A stretch of DNA of 64,000 bases from positions 78,990,001 through 79,054,000 of the forward strand of contig NC_087436.1 in assembly GCF_036321535.1 (NCBI RefSeq). Reading direction: 5' to 3'. A program made the translations under genes and the position numbers. Below the pieces are notes generated by a model, which was not told the DNA's origin, ran no database searches, and saw nothing but the letters and a program-made list of their open reading frames with translations. The stretch comes from Camelus dromedarius. Taxonomy: Eukaryota. Positions 14,600 through 24,699 of this stretch are shown here, piece after piece (within the stretch, counting starts at the first letter, position 1; each line of letters opens with the position of its first letter).

Positions 14600-15300
14600 C
14601 AAGCCTTAGGGGCGCTCCTGCTCAGCAGTGGAAACGTCGGCGGATGCGGACAGGCGCGATCTCCGAAGAAACCGTGACGCCAGGCGTCCCGCTGGGCCCG
14701 AAACGCAGACCGACCGGGCCGCAGTCTGGCGGGGACCACCGGAGATCGAGGCCGGGATCCTAGCTTTGGCCCGGGCTCTCCCTGAAGGCCAGAGGCCCGG
14801 CAAAGAGGACAGGAGGGGATGAAGCGGACACACCTGGCGGGGACCCTCGGCGACCGGTTCCAACGTTAGCTCGGCACCCGTCGGAGTCTGCCAGCATTCG
14901 CCGCCGCCCCTCCTCCCGGCCAGGGCCACCTCCACGCTCCGCTCCAACGTGGCAGCCGCAGCCCCGCCCAGCCGGCTGGCCGACGCTTCCGGGAGCACGG
15001 CCTGGCCCCACCCACCCGGCGCGCGACCCGCCACGGCACTTCCGGGAGCGGTGGCTAGCGGGAGGGTCCCCGGTGCCGCGAGGCGCATGTCCTTGGGAGG
15101 CTACGGACCGGTCCTGAGGGGCGGCGTGCGGTGGCCAGGACGACGCGAAGAAGAAAAGTCCTGCTGGGTGTAGCTGTGTGGCGGAAGAACGGCCGCAGCC
15201 CGCGGAAACGCCACGTAGCACTGGTCCTGTGAGACGTCAGCAGCGCCGCGACACTGCCGACGCGACCAACCACCGAAAACCGGGCTGCGAGGGCCTTATT
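14600..15300 (-). promoter_or_regulatory. SEC31A: CpG-island promoter of SEC31A
   Basis: Very high GC/CpG density. GC boxes, ETS motifs (CTTCCGG at ~14986 and ~15038), CCACGT at 15211 and TGACGTC on the minus strand at ~15233-15239. Confidence 0.85.
14834..14990 (-). other. SEC31A: Probable SEC31A first (5'UTR) exon; 5' end approximate
   Basis: Donor CCAG|gtgtgt at 14834/14833 inside the CpG island; the first coding exon downstream begins with an acceptor, so an upstream exon is required. Confidence 0.65.
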
Positions 15301-16294
15301 GCAGGAACTGTAATTGTGACTAGGGTCTTAAAATTGCTTACTTGCTTATTGAGAACTTCTTTAAAACCAGACGATCTGGTCATACCCAAAGGCTGTTGTG
15401 GACATACTTGATTTGTTACTCCGAAGAGGCCTAGTGGGGTAAACAAGGTATTGCGGTTAGTATCCTGCCTTACTGTTTGAGATCTGTTAGCATTTGCCTT
15501 CAGTCACTGTAACTTTGGTAGTTTCGCCAGAGCCAGGCATCTAATTAGTGCGTGACATGGATGTTGTTTCTTGTTTTAGGGAGGAATTATTTCATAGCAA
15601 ATAAGGCAAAGCCAGAGGAAAATCACAGTATCAGAACCTGGACTCCTAACTTCTAGACCAGTTCTCTTCCCATTACACCAGTCACCAGTCTTTTCTAAAT
15701 GCCTTCACGGGAAGTAACGTTTCTCTGTTTTGCACGCAAAAAGTAAAATATGGCAAGCACCGCTATTTAACAGTAGGCAGATTTTTGTACTCTCACTGTA
15801 CTTCCAACACCCTTCTAGTGTCTTCTACTTCTGGTTCAATTTAAAAAGCAGATTTATTTCTGTAGGGCTGAAGTAGACTTGCTGAAGCAGCTTAGGAGAC
15901 AGTAGCAGCTTAGGAGACAGTAGCTAATCTTTAGTGTTCTGAAAAGCCTTCTATTTTTACTTATTGCTGCAAGGCCTAGTTTACCTAAAGGGGTGCTAAT
16001 AAAAATCCCCAACTTAAAAGTAGGATCATCATTTGAATCAAGTGAACACCTTGAACTCCTTACTGTCTCATTCCCCAAAGACCCTATCCTGCTTTGAAGT
16101 GTGCATTGGATGGTATGGGGCAAAAATGGTTCATTAGAAAACTCCAAAACTCAATGATGCAAGTAGTGGTTACATTCTTTGGTATCATTTAATATAGTCA
16201 TTCAACTACAGGTTCCTCCTGCATAAATCAAATTACAGACCTCTCCTTTCCCCTACTCCCTTTTGTAGGCCCAGTGAGCCAAGAACAGCAAAAG

Positions 16295-16499
16295 AAAAAT
16301 TATTTCATGAGAAAATTACATGAAATTACAATTTTTGTGTCCATTAAGTTTTATGGGAACACAGCCATGCTAAATGGTTTCTGTATTATCTATGGCTGTT
16401 TTTGTGCTACAACATCAGAGTAGTTGCTAGACACTACGTGGCCTGCAAAGTCCTAAGTATCTGCTATGTGGCCCTTTAAGGTAAAGTTTGCCAGCCCCT
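16295..16499. mobile_element. hAT-Charlie MITE (MER58-like)
   Basis: aagttttatgggaacacagccatgc...tggcctgcaaagtcctaagtat...ggccctttaaggtaaagtttgccagcccct end pattern. Confidence 0.65.
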
Positions 16500-16726
16500 A
16501 TTCTATTAGACAGGACTTTGTCTACAAATAGATTAATGCTCAAAGTACAAATAAGACATTCAGTATTGTTAAGTTTCCATTTCAAAACCTTGATATAGTA
16601 GCATACAAAGGCAATATGAAATGTCAATTATAACGTAACTGGTTATTGTAAGGCTAACATACAGTTTCCAGGCTTGGTATATTTATACCTGGTTGAATAT
16701 AAAGACTCCGTAGCTTGTTTTAAATG

Positions 16727-18190
16727 CAGGAAGTTCTGGCTGTGACTATGCAAGCTGAAACTGTGCAAAGCCTTCTTAATCTATGGATTAACAGTCTATG
16801 TTCTGTGACCTTAAAACCTGTCAAAATACTAAAAACTCTTGATGTTGCCTATAAATGTAATATAGTAAAATTAATATTTGAAACATTGAAAGTTAAGAGT
16901 TTTATTTCTTTATTAAAAAAGTATCAAGAGTAGTTTGAACAGTGCTTGCTTTCTTCTCATCATATAACTTACAATGTGGAATAAGCATTTTTTTTCTGTG
17001 CCTTGGCAAATTGTCATACTTTCTAAGTTTGAATGAGCTTTCACAACTTTAGTGCTGTCCATGTCCTGAGACATCTCTGAGAGTTAGTTTAATGTGAAGT
17101 TTTTCAACAGCATCACTTGCTCTGAGACACGTTCATCCTTTACAATGCAACCGCTTTCCTCGTTTATAACTTTATATTCACCTTCACTAAGTTCACCTCA
17201 CTGCAAATCTACAACTGTTTCTTGAATGGTGGCAGTGTCAACATTGCAGCATTCTTATGGTCATCTGTATCTTCTATAACTCCATTTATATTCCATCCAA
17301 ATCCTACGGGTTTTTGCACAGTAGTCTCTCACTACTATGCAAAGTGAGGACTGCTTGTAATCCTGGGAATCTGGGTGCAGATTTCACAGCAGCATCCTTA
17401 TTTGAGCTTGTAGTTTCACCAGATTAACATTAAATCAATTCATGTTGACTTATGAAAGGATGAAACCAGCTTTTTCTGGCAGTAAAAAGATCTTGTAATT
17501 AATTACCATTTTCCTTCAATGCTTTGGCCTGAATGCTAGCCAAACTGATTAGGATTTGTTTTTGATTCCTCAATCCAAAGTAGAGGTAAACACTCCATTT
17601 CAACCTTAAGCTGCTTTCTGTTCCTAGTGTAACTTAAACTAAAAGATGTTGAAACAACTTTACCTTGTTCATATATTCATCAGACTTTTAAAATATGGTT
17701 TGTATTGTAGTTCCATATAGGCCTAGGTCTCATCCTATCTTCGCTTTGCTGTGACCATTTTCAAATCTTCTAACCACATCTAATTTCACTTCCAGTGTTA
17801 TCACTTTTCATTTCTTTGCTGCCTTGTCATATTTGTTGGCTAACTCCCTCTTTTGATTATCCATTTTTGTGAAATGTTGCATGCATTTATCACTGGGAGA
17901 CAAGGAGGCAACCTAAAGCTACATGCTTTTCTGTCTCTGCGTGACTTAATAGCCAGTGACCATTCACCAAGACTTTGAAAGAAGTGATACAGCTGGTTCT
18001 TGTTCATGATGCACATCTTTTATTTGCATAATGATTTGTGGAATAAAGAGCGAGCAGCAAAGTTTATGCAATAATTCAGTTAATATTGTGACAACTAAAA
18101 GTTCAGCTGTGTTGTTGCAGGTCAGGTGTTGTTTAACTACACTGTGAAAACTGATATTCATGCATCATGTGTGTTGCAACGGTGCACTGC
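16727..18190 (-). mobile_element. TcMar-Tigger (Tigger4/Zombi-like) DNA transposon fossil with a pseudogenised CENP-B-type HTH
   Basis: Minus strand from ATG at 17864 reads MDNQKRELANKYDKAAKK*KVITLEVKLDVVRRFENGHSKAKIG*DLGLYGTTIQTIF*, a CENP-B/Tigger N-terminal HTH with stops. Subfamily and ends are from recall and approximate. Confidence 0.75.
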
Positions 18191-19236
18191 ATCTAAAAAG
18201 AAAAACTTGCATTAGTTCACAAAATAGTCAACTTTTAACCCAATTTATTTAACTACTAGGCAAGCCAAATCCTAGATCAAATAAAAACTGAAGCTTTTCT
18301 TAAAAGAATGCTAATTCTAAGACTGAATTACTTGAATCTAGAAGAATGTTCAGAGATAATGTAATAGAATTCTTCAAATTAGGATTTACAGTCCAAAGAC
18401 ATCGTTTTGAGAATTAGGCCCTCTCCCCTCATTTCAATAATCTTGAGGTCTGCAAAAGAGTAAAGTTCTGGACAACTATACTGTTGATTGTAAAACTTTA
18501 CAATCATCAAAAGGCACAAGGCCATATGTAAATAAAATTTATTGGATAGCGGCCACTATGTTTACTGCTACAATACAGTAGCATCCATCCTATTAAATTG
18601 TTTAAAGTTTGGTTTTGAATGTACTTATTTTGTACATTTTTTCATTAAGGATCACAAAGTTTACATCAACTTATATGTCTGTAGGAGTTTAAGAAATAGA
18701 AAATTAAATCAATATTGGGTATTCACAAGAATTTTCCCCTTTATAGTCCTTAAATTTGAGAAACACTGCAAGATAACACATCTATTAATCACAGATTAAT
18801 CTGGTATTAGAAATTCTCAGCTGACCACCTGCCTATCTACTGTTCTTGAACAAAGCTAAAGTTATAGGACTGTCATATCAAAGAGTTCTTTACAGAATAT
18901 CCAATAACTCAGCAAATTTAAACCCCAGAACATATGATCTCTAAAAATTTTAGGACCTGAAAGGATTATGTCATTAGTTTGAAGAAAAGATGACTATCAA
19001 GGTTAAAAGTCCTGCCCCCCGACCCACTCAACTGCCTATCCTGAATCAAGTCTATTGATTTGAAAAATTATATTATCTTTGAAGTCATATTTATGTTACC
19101 TTTGAAAGCTGAAAAAAATAAGGAAAAAATCTTAATTGAATATGATACCCACATTATGCTCAAATGTCATGTCAATCTTTTTGCTCAGATGTCATTTTGT
19201 CTTTTGTCAAAACTAAAAAATATATAAACTTCTTAC

Positions 19237-19312
19237 CTTATTACAAATCTCTAAATTCTTGATGAATCTGACAAATGATGTTCTCTAAGAAAAACACCCT
19301 TCAATTCTATTC
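19237..19312 (-). ncRNA. Candidate exon of the antisense snoRNA-host lncRNA (THAP9-AS1-like)
   Basis: ttttctcttttag| acceptor and TAAG|gtaaga donor; the acceptor lies ~80 nt downstream of snoRNA copy A. Confidence 0.55.
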
Positions 19313-19392
19313 CTAAAAGAGAAAACATTTAAAGGCAAGTCAGTGTACAGAAACTACATATCTATATGCCTCATGATTTTCTTTTTTCCATT

Positions 19393-19468
19393 ATGTCCTC
19401 ATCCACATACATTAATCACAACAAATCATGATGTGAACAGCAGTGGAAAAAGTTTAATCATTGGACAT
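19393..19468 (-). ncRNA. Box C/D snoRNA copy A (SNORD143/144-like) with a 28S rRNA guide
   Basis: 6-bp terminal stem ATGTCC/GGACAT; box C ATGATTA (19461-19455); guide ACTGCTGTTCACAT (19444-19431); D' ATGA (19429-19426); C' GTGATTA (19419-19413); D ATGA (19402-19399); paralogous to 21907-21985. Confidence 0.85.
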
Positions 19469-19934
19469 TTATACTTTTTTCTCATTTTCAACTTAAGTTC
19501 TAGTCAAGGTTTTTATTGCTTAGCCCCCTTTAAAATATAGATAAATGCACATTTCTATAGATTTCAATTTTCTCATGTAGAACAGATAAGACCTCCAATT
19601 TTACTATCATTGGAAAAAACTCGTAAGATAATTTCAAGCATATCATTTATCTACTTTGCACAGATTACCTTATGCTAACTTGGAGGTATTGTCTTCTTAA
19701 CATCAAACCTGATATGGAAATGATAACCATACATTTGAAAACTGGTTATGCCTTGCTTCATATGTAATGTTTCTGTTATTTGACATTTCCAGTGATCAGA
19801 AGCACTAAAACTTTCAAGGAAAAGAGGGAGAGTCATCTCTACTAAGAACTTATAAGCAGTGATAATGTGAAAAGACTCAAAAGATTACAAATTTCAGGCA
19901 TTAAACAGAATGCTGACAATTAGGAACATCCTGA

Positions 19935-20062
19935 CTGCTTGACAATGTTTTTATTTCACTCATTAAGAGGGAAAGAAGAGCTCCTGGCAAGGCCCAGCAC
20001 CCCTTGCAGGCCTTCCCCAGCTGGTTGGGGTGGCCTTAGGCTTGGCTGGCTGCCCCCAATGC
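19935..20062 (-). ncRNA. Candidate alternative terminal exon of the antisense lncRNA
   Basis: Strong acceptor ttttattttcag| at 20063/20062, GC-rich body, AATAAA on the minus strand at 19955-19950. Confidence 0.4.
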
Positions 20063-20679
20063 CTGAAAATAAAATTAAAATACAATAAAATAAGGAACAG
20101 AAGCCCAGAGCAGGGGAAAGCAGCAGGAAGGAAAGCAAGCATACTTGCCACACTGGATAAAAATCAAGCTTTTGGCAAAAAGGGCAACTGCTTGAATTTT
20201 GCTGCTGCATATTTGCACCTTTACTCTATCCTATGTCAAATACTCGTATAACTGCCTGTAAGTAATTGGACTACATTCCTTCAAAAACAGAAATTTCAAC
20301 TTTTCCAAGTCAATCTGCACCTCAGGTAAAGTAATAGGGGAAGGGATACAAAATTTCTAGTCTAGTTCCAACCAGCTTCTCTTAACCCCCTCCACCTAGG
20401 GGGAATTGGGAAAGGGGAAATGAGTCCAATAAAAATATATTTCATTAAGGTAGAGTATTCTGACTATAAAGTGAACTTTCTTAAAACTCTCAAAAGGAAT
20501 GTAGCACCACTTGTAGTTTATATATACACAGGCAAGAAAGAAACCACATGTACCTTAGAAAACAGAGCACTTGTTTGGATACAATGCTCTCATACTTCTA
20601 ATTATCTGACTTAAGGATCAAATATCAACTCTCTTGACTTAATACATTGAAACATTTTTTTAAAAGTTTTTAATTAAAG

Positions 20680-21108
20680 TGTGGTTGTCAACCTCCAGGA
20701 TGGTCCCCAATGATCCTCCACCTCCTGGTATTCATACCTTTGTATAGTGTCCACCTATACTGCACCAGGATTAGTCTCTGTGACCAGTAAAGCAAGGCAG
20801 AAGTGATGTTTTGTCACTTTCTAGAGTAACTTTTAAAAGACAAGCTTCCATCTTGGCCTTTCTCTCTGTGATCATTCCCTCCGGGAAAGCCAACTGTCAT
20901 ATTATAAGGATACTCAGGCAGCCCATGGGGAGGTTCACATGGTGAGGAAGAACTGACGTCTTCAGCCAACAGCCATCAAAGAACTGAGGCTTGCCAAGTG
21001 AGACAGTTTGGAAGCTGATGTCTCTCCTCTACCTCCTCTGCCCACTGTAAGATAAAGGTTTTTTGTTCTAAACTGTCAAATTTTTGTTACATTGCAATAA
21101 ATAACCCA
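20680..21108. mobile_element. MaLR LTR (MLT1-like)
   Basis: Starts tgtggttgtc...ggtccccaatgatcc; ends tgttacattgcaataaataac, typical of MLT1 LTRs. Confidence 0.6.
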
Positions 21109-21753
21109 GGTCACAAACCATATCCCAGAAGTAAAATGTACAACTTATGAATCAGTTGAAAAGTTGTGAAATCTTGGGAAAGGATCAGATTCAGAACTGT
21201 CTTCACATTTATTCACCAATAATTTCAAAACCTCAAGGCTTTCTGAAGCAAAAACAACAACAAAACAAAACAAACAAACAAAAAACCCCAGAGAACTAAT
21301 AGGATGAAAAATTTAGCAAGAATGTAAGTCAGTTACTAGAAACACATTTTACTTATCAAGAAGACAAATAAATGCCCTAGTATAACTGACTAAAAAATCT
21401 GTCAAAAGGATAGGTGTTCAATAAGGACAATACCAGTCCTAGAAAGCAAAAGTCTATTTACTTTCATAGGGATGTTGAGAGAAATAGAAAGTGTTTAAAA
21501 CAAAAACAAAAAAACTGTGTATGTGTATAAAACACTTAGTACAAAGCCTGACATATAACCACTTAATAAGTTTTAGCTGTTACTATTTTTTTTTTTCAGG
21601 TGACCAATGAATGAGATTCTATACCACCAAACAGGAGAGTAGATTTCACCCAAGCCTTTATAAAATCCATTTTTACTCGACAATCCTCCACTTTCAACTC
21701 GGTACTTTTGTTCCAGGAATACTTAATACATTTAAAACAAAAGAATATACTAC

Positions 21754-21827
21754 CTCCTCTGCATACTTTGAGTAAGTGACTTCCAAGACCCAGGAATCTT
21801 CTTCTGACATTTCCAAGAATATAATCC
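21754..21827 (-). ncRNA. Candidate exon of the antisense snoRNA-host lncRNA (THAP9-AS1-like)
   Basis: tctcttttcag| acceptor and GAG|gtagta donor; the acceptor lies ~80 nt downstream of snoRNA copy B. Confidence 0.5.
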
Positions 21828-21906
21828 CTGAAAAGAGATATTTTATTTTAAATTATTTTGTCTAATGGTCAATGCCTTTTACAAACAACATCTTTAATGT
21901 AGCTTA

Positions 21907-21985
21907 CATATCCTCATTTACATATTCAATAATCACAACGGTTCATTATGTGAACAGCAGTCAAAAAGTTTAATCACTGGATATG
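21907..21985 (-). ncRNA. Box C/D snoRNA copy B (SNORD143/144-like) with a 28S rRNA guide
   Basis: 7-bp terminal stem CATATCC/GGATATG; box C GTGATTA (21977-21971); guide ACTGCTGTTCACAT (21961-21948); D' ATGA (21946-21943); C' GTGATTA (21936-21930); D ATGA (21917-21914). Confidence 0.85.
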
Positions 21986-22974
21986 AAGTTATTGGAGGAA
22001 ACAGATACAATCAAATGATTAAATTGGGAACTTCAACGTCACCCGTAAAATGATACAAAATACAACAAAAAAGCATGTAAAACTTACAGGCAAATGTAAA
22101 AACACATAAATACAACTCAAAATCAATGATTCCATTTATAAATGGTTGCATAATTCCCTATCCAGAAGCATACTAAAGAGTACCCAGAGCAGCGACCCAC
22201 TGTGGCTTCTGTAAACTGAGTTGGTTATTTTCGTTTAGCAGGTCTACAATATTTAAGCAAATCTGTTCTGCAGCATAGCAGTTTTCTGTAACTTATCTGT
22301 AATTAGAAGAATGCTGTCAAAATAATGTGAGAGCCACATTATCTGGAAATCAATTCAGCATAAAGGAAAAAAGCCCTCTTTGGACTCTGATGCTGAACTG
22401 GCAGCAGTAAGAGTACTTTGAGCTCTATCTTAAGAAAATGAAAAATGAGTGCCTGCACAGGGGGCTCCCTGCCCAGCAGCACCCACCTCCCTCTCCAGGC
22501 TTTCAGCAGGTTACACTACCTGTGAACAACTATCTTAACAGCAGTCCATTTGCCTAGGGCTCCACTTCCATCAGTAATACCTAGCACCCACCAAACTTGC
22601 TCTTTTAATACACCTTAACGGTAACTTTAAGTCTCCATTTAAAGTTACCTTTAATGTGGTAGGAGGGCATAAGAATACCTCCCAGCTACCAATCACTGTT
22701 TATTTTAGAGATTATAAAATTGCATAAGTTTTGAGTAGTCAGCCCTAACCCTATTTTCTGTATAAGTCCTGCTTCTTTCAAATGCACAATTTTGCTGAAC
22801 AGGAGGTTTTTTCAGGAATTCATATAACATTATAGCAGAAACATGTGTCTATTTGTTCATAAGGGGCTGAAAGACAAATTCATCTTAGACATTGTCTCTG
22901 CACTCAAGGAGCATCTTCTAGCAAACTGAGTCCTTAAAAAAAGGCCACTGTCACAATGATATTACTTTCACATC

Positions 22975-23645
22975 TACAAGAATGTGGAGAAATTGGAACC
23001 CTCATCCATCGCTAGTGGGAATGTAAAATGGTACAGCTACTTTGGAAAAAGTCTGGCATTTCCTTAAGAGGTTAAACATAAGAGTTAGCATATGACCCAA
23101 CAATTCCATCCTTAGGTGTATACTCAAGAGGAATGAAAACATATGTCTACACACAAACTTGTACACTAATGTTCACAGCAGCATTATTCCTAACAGCCAC
23201 TCAAAATGGAAGCAACTCAGATGTCCACCAACTGATGAATTGATAAAATAAAATGTGGTATACCCATACAATGGAATATTTTTTGGCAATAAAAAAAATG
23301 AAGTACTGATACTACGACATGAATGAACCTTAAAAATATTCCAAGTGCAAGAAGCCAGTCACAAAAGATGATACATTAGTTTCTGATTCCATTTATATGA
23401 AGTATCCAGAATAGGCAAATCTAAACAAAGATCAGTGGTTTCCAGAGGCTGGAGGAGGGAAAATATAAGTGACTACTAATGAAAATGGGACTTCTTTCTG
23501 GGGTCATGAAAATGTTCAAAAATTGATTGTGGTGATGGTTGCACAACTCATGAATATACTAAAAACCATCGAATTGTGCACTTTAAACGTATTAACTGTA
23601 TGGTATTTATTTGAGTTATAGCTCAATAAAACTGTTACCAAAAAA
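22975..23645 (+). mobile_element. L1 (L1MB-like) 3' end
   Basis: ORF2-end/3'UTR text (gtggagaaattggaaccctc...gacccaacaattcc...atggaatatt...tggtgatggttgcacaac...ctcaataaaactgtt) followed by an A-rich end. Confidence 0.75.
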
Positions 23646-24699
23646 GTAAAGCAACCAATTTTTAATTAAAAACGTATTTATTTCTATTTAGCCTCACTCA
23701 GGTCTTAATTGGTTGAGTGCTGGAACTTTCTAACAGTGTAATCAACTGATAGTGACTTAAATCCAGGTCCTACGTCTTGCACATCTTACAGCCAAGTAAG
23801 CACATCCCCCATGGACCAATCTTCACCAAATTCATGAACTATCTTTAGGCCATGTAACTGTTAACAAAGCTACATAAGCAAAAGCTATGTTAATTTCATT
23901 CACATAGGACACAAGCATATTATAATGGAAAGCAACTGTAAATAAATAATACCTTGAGATGAATCTTTGCGGCTGGAATCTGGATAAACTAAACAAAAAG
24001 GGGGGAAAGAACGATCTTGTTTGGAAATATTGGAATCATTCTTGCCAACTAGAGAAAAATTAATGTTACAAACATTTGTTTTCTATAACGGGCCTCTAAC
24101 GTCAACCAGGAAAGATGCCACTTCATATGCTATAGATCTCTACAAAGATACAAAACAGAAACTATGATCTACTTTGGCCCCATTTTGTTTCTTCTATGAA
24201 AACTGAAATCGCATACTGTAAAAATAAAGATTAACAAAGACATCGTTCTAAGATCTTCTCACTCCTGAAAGCTAACCACCATGCCCTACATCCCAACCAA
24301 ACCCGTTTAGTTGCCCCTCTCTCCCGCACCTCCTAGTACTGCTGTTGACAGTCCCCACGAGATCGTTCGCTTCCCCAGAGCCCCGAGGACCTTCTTACCT
24401 TATTTCCTTAATTCCTCCACTGCAGCAAATGATCCTGCAGAAAAGCGTTCGTTCAACTAAAAGTCGACGTATCTTCACATCAGATTCTTATTCAAGCTCC
24501 TATGAGGTCACATACCTATGGTCAACCATTCCACTAGCTTCTACATTCATTATCTCTGCATCAGGGAACTACAAAATAAAATGCAAAGAAATGACATGCC
24601 CCTCAGTAAACCATTTATTTTAGATCCAACTTAGCCCTCCATATTTCTAGGGAGCCTCATTGATCCTTCTCCCTCCTACACCTCCCATTACATCCTCCA

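Noticed and set aside
14606..15446. Overlapping 64-160 aa ORFs in the SEC31A CpG island
   Set aside because: Expected from stop-poor GC-rich DNA; low-complexity Ala/Arg/Gly/Pro with no domain. Only the short ATG 14897 segment is kept as a finding.
19100..19108. 9-nt micro-exon on the minus strand (ttttcag|CTTTCAAAG|gtaaca)
   Set aside because: Plausible splice signals, but too short to distinguish from chance without RNA data.
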